A DNA stretch of 8,449 nucleotides from the IMG/VR virus record IMGVR_UViG_2617270967_000016, positions 1-8,449 of that record. One strand, 5' to 3'. The position numbers and the translations under genes were made by a program. The notes below the pieces were generated by a model that saw nothing but the letters and a program-made list of their open reading frames with translations, did not search any database and was not told the DNA's origin. This document shows positions 1 through 5,820 of this stretch, in pieces; position 1 is the first letter of the stretch, and each line of letters starts with the position of its first letter. Origin of the DNA: a virus. Its lineage: Duplodnaviria > Heunggongvirae > Uroviricota > Caudoviricetes.

Positions 1-291
1 ATGGCTGATTTGAGAAAAGCAGCGCGTGGTCGGGAATGCCAGGTAAGAATCCCTGGCGTATGTAATGGCAACCCTGAAACGTCTGTACTGGCACATATCC
101 GGCTGACTGGATTGTGCGGCACCGGTACGAAACCGCCAGACCTGATTGCCACCATTGCATGTTCTGCCTGCCACGACGAAATCGACCGCCGCACGTATTT
201 TGTTGACGCTGGATATGCAAAAGAATGCGCGCTGGAAGGTATGGCGAGAACGCAGGTTATCTGGCTGAAAGAGGGGGTAATTAAGGCGTGA
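1..291 (+). CDS. ybcO: Cys-rich DUF1364-type putative nuclease (YbcO-like), nin-region protein
   Basis: Complete 96-aa ORF starting at ATG 1; sequence recalled as near-identical to DLP12 YbcO ([19 protein letters not shown]...); CxxC-type Cys clusters; stop overlaps the next start. Confidence 0.8.
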   Translation: MADLRKAARGRECQVRIPGVCNGNPETSVLAHIRLTGLCGTGTKPPDLIATIACSACHDEIDRRTYFVDAGYAKECALEGMARTQVIWLKEGVIKA

Positions 292-650
292 ATACTTACC
301 ACATCACACTACCCTGGCCGCCGAGCAATAACCGCTACTACCGCCATAATCGAGGGCGCACGCACATCAGCGCAGAAGGGCAGGCATACCGCGATAACGT
401 CGCCCGAATCATTAAAGGCTCAATGCTGGATATCGGTCTGGCTATGCCTGTGAAAATCCGCATTGAGTGCCACATGCCGGATCGCCGTCGCCGTGACCTG
501 GATAATCTGCAAAAAGCCGCTTTTGACGCACTCACTAAAGCAGGTTTCTGGCTGGATGATGAGCTGGTCGTTGATTACCGCGTTGTGAAGATGCCTGTTA
601 CCAAAGGTGGGAAGCTGGAACTGACCATCACTGAACTGGGAGATGAATGA
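288..650 (+). CDS. rusA: Holliday junction resolvase RusA
   Basis: 120-aa ORF with GTG start overlapping the ybcO stop (GTGA); sequence recalled as RusA ([17 protein letters not shown]...[35 protein letters not shown]); expected position after ybcO. Confidence 0.88.
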   Translation: MNTYHITLPWPPSNNRYYRHNRGRTHISAEGQAYRDNVARIIKGSMLDIGLAMPVKIRIECHMPDRRRRDLDNLQKAAFDALTKAGFWLDDELVVDYRVVKMPVTKGGKLELTITELGDE

Positions 651-787
651 TGTTTGAGTCTTATATGGCAGAACGTCTTCGCCGCCGCTGGGTGCGCCTG
701 CGCTTATATCGTTTCCCCGGTTCTGTTTTGACCGATTACCGAATACTGAAGAGTTACGCCAAAACCCTGACAGGAGCAGGAGTATGA
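647..787 (+). CDS. ylcG: small nin-region protein YlcG-like (46 aa)
   Basis: ATGATG start overlapping the rusA stop (ATGA); translation [46 protein letters not shown] resembles DLP12 YlcG; too short for the ORF track. Confidence 0.55.
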   Translation: MMFESYMAERLRRRWVRLRLYRFPGSVLTDYRILKSYAKTLTGAGV

Positions 788-872
788 AGTCAGAGATAAC
801 AATCAACTAATACTGTTTTGTTGATTTTTGCTTGTAATTGGCGTTCTGGTCTGATTTTTGTGGAGTAAGTTG

Positions 873-1253
873 ATGCGTGATATTCAGATGGTTCTTGAGC
901 GTTGGGGAGCGTGGGCTGCAAGTGGTAACACCGGGGTGGACTATTCTCCGATCGCTGCCGGATTCAAAGGACTTTTACCATCTGCCACTAAACCACGTCC
1001 GGCCTGCTGCGATGATGACGGACTTATCATTGAAAACTGTCTTGCTCGTCTGAAGCAGAAAAAACCTGAGGAGTATTCGCTTCTCATTGCTCATTATTTG
1101 TTGCGAATATCAAAAAGACAGATAGCCAGGACGAGAAAGAAAAGCGAAAAAGCAATACGAATTGAGATGCAGATAGCCGAAGGGTTTATTGACGGATGTT
1201 TGTCTGTGCTGGGGGTAAGACTGGAGATGGACGACTGGCTGCTAAAAAAGTAA
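873..1253 (+). CDS. late-gene antiterminator Q (QuuD-like family)
   Basis: ATG at 873 preceded by GGAG at 862-865; N-terminus MRDIQMVLERWGAWAA... matches recalled Q/QuuD-type antiterminators; sits between nin genes and a strong terminator. The track start at 858 is a TTG extension. Confidence 0.8.
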   Translation: MRDIQMVLERWGAWAASGNTGVDYSPIAAGFKGLLPSATKPRPACCDDDGLIIENCLARLKQKKPEEYSLLIAHYLLRISKRQIARTRKKSEKAIRIEMQIAEGFIDGCLSVLGVRLEMDDWLLKK

Positions 1254-1322
1254 AAAATGATTAGTGCGGTCCGCAAAAAGTATGTCAGTATGTTAAGAGT
1301 GGTTACTTCGCCACACAGCTTA
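1254..1322 (+). promoter_or_regulatory. expected location of late promoter PR' and qut site
   Basis: By lambdoid architecture PR'/qut lie between the Q stop and tR'; I could not pick convincing -35/-10 hexamers, so this is positional only. Confidence 0.3.
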
Positions 1323-1347
1323 AACCCGCCGCGAGCGGGTTTTTTTA
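1323..1347 (+). terminator. rho-independent terminator (tR'-like)
   Basis: GC-rich hairpin cccgccgcgagcggg (1324-1339) followed by T7 (1340-1346). Confidence 0.6.
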
Positions 1348-1468
1348 TGGCTGAAATCGGTCCAGTACAGTAAACGTGCTGGTGGCGGTGAATACCTGTC
1401 TTTCAGCTTGCTGGCTTTTTCGACAAGAGTTATTGGTGTGTCACGTTAACCGGAAAAGGGAAAAAGAC

Positions 1469-1666
1469 ATGCTAAAACAGCAGGATATGACAGAAACCGC
1501 CAGAGTGGTGTTTAATGAATTAAGCGTTAACGACCCGGCGACAGTCGGGGAGATTGCGCAGAATACTTACCTTTCACGCGAACGCTGCCAGTTAATACTG
1601 ACCCAGCTGGTTATGGCGGGTCTGGCAGACTATCAGTTCGGTTGTTACAGACGCCTTCCGCAGTGA
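1469..1666 (+). CDS. small winged-helix protein, PapI/FaeA-like (65 aa), function unknown
   Basis: ATG 1469 with AAGGGA about 7 nt upstream; ...TVGEIAQNTYLSRERCQLILTQLVMAGLADY resembles the recognition helix/wing pattern of PapI/FaeA regulators (from memory); stop lies inside a terminator hairpin. Confidence 0.5.
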   Translation: MLKQQDMTETARVVFNELSVNDPATVGEIAQNTYLSRERCQLILTQLVMAGLADYQFGCYRRLPQ

Positions 1667-1680
1667 AGGCTTTTTTATTT
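1653..1680 (+). terminator. rho-independent terminator after the small wHTH ORF
   Basis: Stem gccttc (1653-1658) / gaaggc (1665-1670), 6-nt loop, then TTTTTTATTT (1671-1680). Confidence 0.5.
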
Positions 1681-1693
1681 GTGGTAAATGGGC

Positions 1694-1724
1694 GGCTGGT
1701 GGGTGTTAGGGGCACCCACCAGCC
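1694..1724. repeat. perfect 12-bp inverted repeat (hairpin or palindromic binding site)
   Basis: ggctggtgggtg (1694-1705), loop ttagggg, cacccaccagcc (1713-1724); no following T-tract, so not a classic terminator. Confidence 0.5.
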
Positions 1725-1816
1725 ATCTGCTCATGCGTTGGGTTCACAAGCAAACCTCAGGCCCACTGCTTTGCGCAAAAGCAGAATGAGCCTATCAGAG
1801 ACAGGCTTAATGTTCC

Positions 1817-2866
1817 ATGCTTAATACTGTAAAAATATCCAGTTGTGAGTTAATCAACGCCGACTGCCTGGAATTTATCCGGTCGTTACCCGAAAATTCT
1901 GTTGACCTGATAGTCACGGACCCGCCGTACTTTAAAGTGAAGCCTGAGGGCTGGGATAACCAGTGGAAGGGCGACGATGATTACCTGAAGTGGCTGGAGC
2001 AGTGTCTGGCGCAGTTCTGGCGGGGGCTGAAACCTGCCGGAAGTCTTTACCTGTTCTGTGGTCATCGCCTGGCATCTGATATCGAAATCATGATGCGTGA
2101 ACGCTTCAGTGTGCTGAACCATATTATCTGGGCGAAGCCGTCCGGACGCTGGAACGGATGCAACAAGGAAAGCCTGCGGGCGTATTCCCCCGCCACAGAG
2201 CGCATTCTGTTCGCGGAACATTATCAGGGGCCGTACCGCCCGAAAGATGATGGCTATGAGGCGAAGGGCAGGGTACTGAAACAGCATGTGATGGCCCCGC
2301 TGATTGCTTACTTTCGTGATGCGCGAGCTGCCCTGGGGATAACGGCAAAACAGATTGCAGATGCCACAGGAAAGAAAAACATGGTGTCGCACTGGTTCAG
2401 TGCCAGTCAGTGGCAGCTACCGAACGAAAGCGATTATCTGAAATTACAGTCGCTGTTTGCCCGGGTGGCAGAAGAGAAACATCAGCGCGGTGAACTGGAA
2501 AAGCCCCACCACCAGCTGGTGGATACGTATACGTCACTGAACCGGCAGTATGTGGAGCTGCATAGTGAATATAAGCATCTGCGGCGGTATTTTGGTGTGA
2601 CGGCGCAGGTGCCGTACACGGATGTGTGGACACATAAACCGGTGCAGTTCTATCCCGGGAAACATCCGTGCGAAAAACCGGCAGAAATGCTGCAGCAGAT
2701 AATCAGCGCGAGCAGTCGTCCGGGTGACCTGGTTGCAGATTTTTTTATGGGCTCAGGTTCAACGGTAAAAGCGGCACTGGCGCTCGGGCGTCGTGCGATT
2801 GGCGTTGAACTGGAGACCGGACGTTTTGAGCAGACAGTCAGGGAAGTTCAGGATTTAATCGTTTGA
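1817..2866 (+). CDS. orphan beta-class DNA amino-methyltransferase (N6-adenine or N4-cytosine)
   Basis: 349-aa ORF; motif IV DPPY near the N-terminus (LIVTDPPYF) and motif I FxGxG near the C-terminus (DFFMGSGST), the beta-class order; no adjacent restriction endonuclease ORF. Confidence 0.85.
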   Translation: MLNTVKISSCELINADCLEFIRSLPENSVDLIVTDPPYFKVKPEGWDNQWKGDDDYLKWLEQCLAQFWRGLKPAGSLYLFCGHRLASDIEIMMRERFSVLNHIIWAKPSGRWNGCNKESLRAYSPATERILFAEHYQGPYRPKDDGYEAKGRVLKQHVMAPLIAYFRDARAALGITAKQIADATGKKNMVSHWFSASQWQLPNESDYLKLQSLFARVAEEKHQRGELEKPHHQLVDTYTSLNRQYVELHSEYKHLRRYFGVTAQVPYTDVWTHKPVQFYPGKHPCEKPAEMLQQIISASSRPGDLVADFFMGSGSTVKAALALGRRAIGVELETGRFEQTVREVQDLIV

Positions 2867-2878
2867 AACGGATGAGAT

Positions 2879-2907
2879 TGCAGAATTAATTACGCACCAT
2901 TATTATT
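2879..2907 (+). promoter_or_regulatory. candidate sigma70 promoter for the tRNA cluster
   Basis: -35 TTGCAG (2879-2884), 17-bp spacer, -10 TATTAT (2902-2907); predicted start falls within a few nt of the first tRNA 5' end. Confidence 0.4.
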
Positions 2908-2915
2908 CTGCTCCC

Positions 2916-2991
2916 GGCCCTTTAGCTCAGTGGTGAGAGCGAGCGACTCATAATCGCCAGGTCGCTGGTTCAAATCCAGCAAGGGCCACCA
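2916..2991 (+). tRNA. ileZ: tRNA-Ile2 (anticodon CAU; would score as Met by anticodon alone)
   Basis: 76-nt cloverleaf: acceptor GGCCCTT/AAGGGCC, D-arm GCTC...GAGC, anticodon loop CTCATAA, T-loop TTCAAAT, encoded CCA; resembles E. coli ileX and Stx-phage ileZ. Confidence 0.8.
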
Positions 2992-2998
2992 TCACATA

Positions 2999-3075
2999 CC
3001 GCCATTAGCTCATCAGGAAAGAGCGCCAGCCTTCGAAGCTGGTTGCGCGGAGTTCGGGTCCCCGAAGGCGGTTCA
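2999..3075 (+). tRNA. argN: tRNA-Arg (UCG)-like, degenerate (possible pseudo-tRNA)
   Basis: D-arm GCTC/GAGC and anticodon arm CCAGC-CTTCGAA-GCTGG fold well, but the acceptor and T stems each carry a mismatch, the T-loop is TTCGGGT (no A58), and the 3' end is TCA not CCA. Confidence 0.45.
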
Positions 3076-3088
3076 TTATCTGTATCCT

Positions 3089-3165
3089 GCGTTGTTAGCT
3101 CAGCCGGACAGAGCAATTGCCTTCTAAGCAATCGGTCACTGGTTCGAATCCAGTACAACGCGCCA
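3089..3165 (+). tRNA. argO: tRNA-Arg (anticodon UCU, reads AGA/AGG)
   Basis: 77-nt cloverleaf: acceptor GCGTTGT/ACAACGC, anticodon arm ATTGC-CTTCTAA-GCAAT, T-arm ACTGG-TTCGAAT-CCAGT, discriminator G, encoded CCA. Confidence 0.8.
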
Positions 3166-3179
3166 CACTTATTTTCCCT

Positions 3180-3205
3180 GGCTCGCTTTTGCGGGCCTTT
3201 TTTTT
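3180..3205 (+). terminator. rho-independent terminator after the tRNA cluster
   Basis: Stem ggctcgc (3180-3186) / gcgggcc (3191-3197) with one G-U pair, loop tttt, then T8 (3198-3205). Confidence 0.6.
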
Positions 3206-3402
3206 AAATGTCTCACAATTCAGACGGTTGACAGTTGTCTGTTTTGCGGGGAGTTTGTTAAAAGAAACTGGCATGGTGAATCCCCCTGTGCGGAGGGGCA
3301 ATCAGCGAGTAGGTATATGGGATAATCGCGGATTCAGGTGCTGGTACTGAATTCACCGGGAGGCACCCGGCACCATGCAATGGCACATAGCGCCACTCTC
3401 CA

Positions 3403-3426
3403 GCCCCTCTCCGGAGGGGCTTTCTT
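3403..3426 (+). terminator. rho-independent terminator-like hairpin
   Basis: gcccctc (3403-3409), loop tccg, gaggggc (3414-3420), then TTTCTT. Confidence 0.45.
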
Positions 3427-3430
3427 ATGG

Positions 3431-3460
3431 ACAAAAAAGCCCGCGCAGGGAGACGCGGGC
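3431..3460 (-). terminator. minus-strand terminator-like hairpin (convergent with 3403-3426)
   Basis: gcccgcg (3439-3445) / cgcgggc (3454-3460), 8-nt loop; A6 at 3433-3438 on + gives a U-tract after the hairpin on the minus strand. Confidence 0.4.
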
Positions 3461-3653
3461 GGCAAGGAATAAACAACAAAACGTGAAGTAATATTTCAGC
3501 TGGCGAATAATATCCGACAGTAATCACTCTGCGCAATAGTGCGGCCTTTTTCGTATTGCGGGCTGTTGTCTCTCTTCTGCCATTGTCCTGTAACTTCCGG
3601 ACTTCAGCCCGCTCCTCATTTTACTCACAATATTATCCCGGCCGGGAGGATTC

Positions 3654-3947
3654 ATGGCATTTAAACACTATGATGTTGTCAGGGCGGCGTCGCCGTCAGA
3701 CCTTGCGGAAAAGCTGACACACAAACTGAAAGAGGGCTGGCAGCCATATGGCGGACCGGTTGCCATTACGCCGTACACACTGATGCAGGCGGTGGCTATT
3801 GAAGGAGATCCACAGGTCGGCCCTTCATCTGAGCCGGACTGGTTCTACGTGGTTGTGCTTGCCGGACAGTCCAACGGCATGGCCTACGGTGAAGGGCTTC
3901 CGTTATGGCTGCATTCAGGATGCGGACGCACAGCGCGAAGGTATTAA
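3654..3947 (+). pseudogene. 5' fragment of a NanS-p-like sialate O-acetylesterase (N-terminal domain plus start of SGNH/SASA domain); homology ends near 3902
   Basis: ATG 3654 with GGGAGG RBS; about 70-aa N-terminal domain then VVVLAGQSNGMAYGEG, a block-I GQSN motif; the ORF then reads out of frame through capsid-gene sequence to a stop at 3947. Confidence 0.55.
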
Positions 3948-4077
3948 CGCCTCTGCCCGCTACCCGAAAAACTGGGTGACCACCGGCGATCCGGCGCGTG
4001 AGTTCACCATGATTCAGTCAGCACCGCTGATGCTGCTGGCTGATCCTGATGCGTTCGTGTCCGTACAACTGGCGTAA
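3901..4077 (+). pseudogene. E: 3' remnant of major capsid protein gene E (last 57 codons)
   Basis: Translation YGCIQDADAQREGINASARYPKNWVTTGDPAREFTMIQSAPLMLLADPDAFVSVQLA matches the recalled lambda gpE C-terminus almost exactly; no upstream E sequence; different frame from the esterase fragment. Confidence 0.8.
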
Positions 4078-4079
4078 TC

Positions 4080-4106
4080 ATGGCCCTTCGGGGCCATTTT
4101 CTCTCT
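4080..4106 (+). promoter_or_regulatory. stem-loop with UUCG tetraloop and U-rich tail between the E remnant and FI
   Basis: atggccc (4080-4086), loop ttcg, gggccat (4091-4097), then TTTCTCTCT; likely mRNA-stabilising or partial-terminator structure. Confidence 0.35.
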
Positions 4107-4118
4107 GTGGAGGAGTCC

Positions 4119-4514
4119 ATGACGAAAGATGAACTGATTGCCCGTCTTCAGGTGCTGGGTGAGCAACTGAACCGTGATGTCAGCCTGACGGGGACGAAAG
4201 AAGAACTGGTGCTCCGTGTGGCAGAGCTGGAAGAGGAGCTTGATGACACGGATGACGCTGCCGGTCAGGACACATCTGTCAGCCCGGAAAATGCGCTGAC
4301 CGGACATGAAAATGAGGTGGTATCAGCGCAGCCGGATACCGTGATTGATACGGCTGCTCTGGTCACGGTCGTGGCACTGGTGACGCTGCATACTGATGCA
4401 CTTCACGCCACGCGGGATGACACTGTGGCATTTGTGCTGCCGGGAACGGCGTTCCGTGTCTCTGCCGGTGTGGCAGCTGAAATGACAGAGCGCGGCCTGG
4501 CCAGAATGCAATAA
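4119..4514 (+). CDS. FI: DNA-packaging protein FI
   Basis: ATG 4119 after GGAGGAG; MTKDELIARLQVLGEQLNRDVSLTGTKEEL...VAAEMTERGLARMQ matches recalled lambda gpFI over its whole length. The track start at 4080 is an upstream extension. Confidence 0.88.
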   Translation: MTKDELIARLQVLGEQLNRDVSLTGTKEELVLRVAELEEELDDTDDAAGQDTSVSPENALTGHENEVVSAQPDTVIDTAALVTVVALVTLHTDALHATRDDTVAFVLPGTAFRVSAGVAAEMTERGLARMQ

Positions 4515-4525
4515 CGGGAGGCGCT

Positions 4526-4996
4526 GTGGCTGATTTCGATAACCTGTTCGATGCTGCCATTGCCCGCGCCGATGAAACGATACGCGGGTACATGGGAACG
4601 TCAGCCACCATGACATCCGGTGAGCAGTCCGGCGCAGTAATACGTGGTGTTTTTGATGACCCTGAAAATATCAGCTATGCCGGACAGGGCGTGCGCGTTG
4701 AAGGCTCCAGCCCGTCCCTGTTTGTCCGGACTGATGATGTGCGGCAACTGCGGCGTGGAGACACGCTGACCATCGGTGAGGAAAACTTCTGGATAGACCG
4801 GGTTTCGCCGGATGATGGTGGAAGCTGTTATCTCTGGCTCAACCGTGGGCAACCACGGGGATTTACAACGATTTGGCCGCCGCCTCAGCCTGTATGTGAA
4901 CACGGCAGCGGAAGCCATTCGCGCCCTGTCGATGCAGATGCCGGGCTTTCGCCTTCAGATGAACGAAGGCTGGTACCAGATACGTATTGCCGGTGA
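4526..4996 (+). CDS. FII: head-tail joining protein FII with its C-terminus replaced by read-through into the I region (disrupted)
   Basis: GGGAGG RBS; first about 105 aa match recalled lambda gpFII (MADFDNLFDAAIARADETIRGYMGTSAT...SPDDGGSC.LWL); after about 4850 the frame continues out of frame through I-homologous DNA to 4996. Confidence 0.7.
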   Translation: MADFDNLFDAAIARADETIRGYMGTSATMTSGEQSGAVIRGVFDDPENISYAGQGVRVEGSSPSLFVRTDDVRQLRRGDTLTIGEENFWIDRVSPDDGGSCYLWLNRGQPRGFTTIWPPPQPVCEHGSGSHSRPVDADAGLSPSDERRLVPDTYCR

Positions 4997-5477
4997 AGAC
5001 ACGGCACCGGAGGTGGTGTACGCCCGCCTTCACGAACAGCTGGGTGAGGGAACGGTCATCCACATTGTGCCGCGACTGGCCGGGGCCGGAAAGGGTGGAC
5101 TGCAGATTGTGTTGGGGGCGGCAGCCATCGTGGGCTCTTTCTTCACGGCCGGAGGCTCGATGGCGTTATGGGGTACAGCCCTGAGTGCCGGTGGTTTTTC
5201 TGCCACCACGATGCTGTTTTCACTGGGTGCCAGCATGATACTGGGCGGTGTGGCCCAGATGCTGGCCCCGAAGGCAAAAACACCGGATTACCGCGCAACG
5301 GATAACGGCAGACAGAACACGTACTTTTCCTCGCTGGATAACATGATTGCCCAGGGGAACCCGATGCCGGTGCCTTACGGGGAAATGCTGGTTGGCTCCC
5401 GCCGTATATCCCAGGACATCAGCACCCGTGATGAAGGCGGGGGCGGAAAGGTCGTGGTTATCGGGCGGCAGGGGTAA
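4812..5477 (+). CDS. I: tail assembly protein I, native N-terminus missing (first 16 codons derived from FII DNA)
   Basis: From GDLQRFGRR onward matches recalled lambda gpI to the C-terminus (…NTYFSSLDNM.AQGN…YGEM.VGSR…VVVIGR); the in-frame ATG at 4812 lies in FII sequence. Confidence 0.78.
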   Translation: MMVEAVISGSTVGNHGDLQRFGRRLSLYVNTAAEAIRALSMQMPGFRLQMNEGWYQIRIAGEDTAPEVVYARLHEQLGEGTVIHIVPRLAGAGKGGLQIVLGAAAIVGSFFTAGGSMALWGTALSAGGFSATTMLFSLGASMILGGVAQMLAPKAKTPDYRATDNGRQNTYFSSLDNMIAQGNPMPVPYGEMLVGSRRISQDISTRDEGGGGKVVVIGRQG

Positions 5478-5482
5478 AAAGA

Positions 5483-5581
5483 ATAAAAAAATCCCGCAGT
5501 GATCGCGGACAGGAACTGCGGGAGAGTTACGAAGATTAAGTGTAAGGAATTATTCTTATATCACGACAAAAAAATTAACGC
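5483..5581 (-). ncRNA. candidate small RNA (about 100 nt) between I and J
   Basis: Delimited on the minus strand by a near-consensus promoter (5588-5615) and a hairpin plus U-tract terminator (5486-5520); no start-codon-initiated ORF inside; this intergenic block is absent between I and J in lambda. Confidence 0.3.
5486..5520 (-). terminator. minus-strand rho-independent terminator
   Basis: tcccgcag (5491-5498) / ctgcggga (5513-5520), 14-nt loop; on the minus strand followed by ATTTTTTTATTCTTTTT. Confidence 0.45.
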
Positions 5582-5587
5582 AGAGAA

Positions 5588-5615
5588 ATTATACGCGCCA
5601 CGGTCAGTTTGTGAA
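5588..5615 (-). promoter_or_regulatory. sigma70-type promoter on the minus strand
   Basis: Minus-strand -35 TTCACA (+ coords 5610-5615), 16-bp spacer, -10 TATAAT (+ coords 5588-5593, perfect); AT-rich upstream; predicted start near 5581. Confidence 0.45.
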
Positions 5616-5690
5616 AATGTGAAGATATTCAGAATTTTTATGCCATTACCGGTTTTAACCAACAGGATTATCGGTGGGCATGAAAGAAAA

Positions 5691-5723
5691 CCCCGGTATC
5701 TGCTGATACCGGGGTTTCTCTTT
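5691..5723. terminator. bidirectional rho-independent terminator
   Basis: Perfect 10-bp stem ccccggtatc (5691-5700) / gataccgggg (5705-5714), loop tgct; TTTCTCTTT downstream and GAAAGAAAA upstream. Confidence 0.6.
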
Positions 5724-5820
5724 AGCATGGCAGAAATGTGTTTCATGCTTTTCGGGCGAAGGATATCCGACTTCTGTACGGAATGGCAAGTGGCGGTTAA
5801 TTTATTCAGGGGAAGGCTGT

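Noticed and set aside
811-872. Possible promoter upstream of Q (TGTAAT-like -10 near 833-838)
   Set aside because: No acceptable -35 at 16-18 bp spacing; Q is normally transcribed by read-through from the early rightward operon.
1642-1824. 60-aa + strand ORF between the wHTH ORF and the methyltransferase
   Set aside because: Overlaps a terminator and the 12-bp palindrome; no RBS; composition typical of translated structured non-coding DNA.
1886-2392. 168-aa minus-strand ORF, plus the minus ORFs at 2124-2348 and 2397-2633
   Set aside because: Entirely antisense to the methyltransferase gene, which has clear catalytic motifs; no RBS or recognisable domain.
3117-3536. ORFs 3117-3350 (+), 3095-3301 (-) and 3258-3536 (-)
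   Set aside because: They overlap tRNA-Arg and terminator hairpins or lie in the hairpin-rich stx-equivalent interval; no RBS or domain signal.
3206-3653. Looked for Shiga toxin genes at the canonical position after the tRNA cluster
   Set aside because: No ORF of stxA or stxB size and no recognisable toxin sequence is present in this interval.
4080-4118. Upstream ATG extension of FI (track start at 4080)
   Set aside because: The ATG at 4080 is the 5' arm of a hairpin; the ATG at 4119 has a GGAGGAG RBS and matches the recalled gpFI N-terminus (MTKDEL...).
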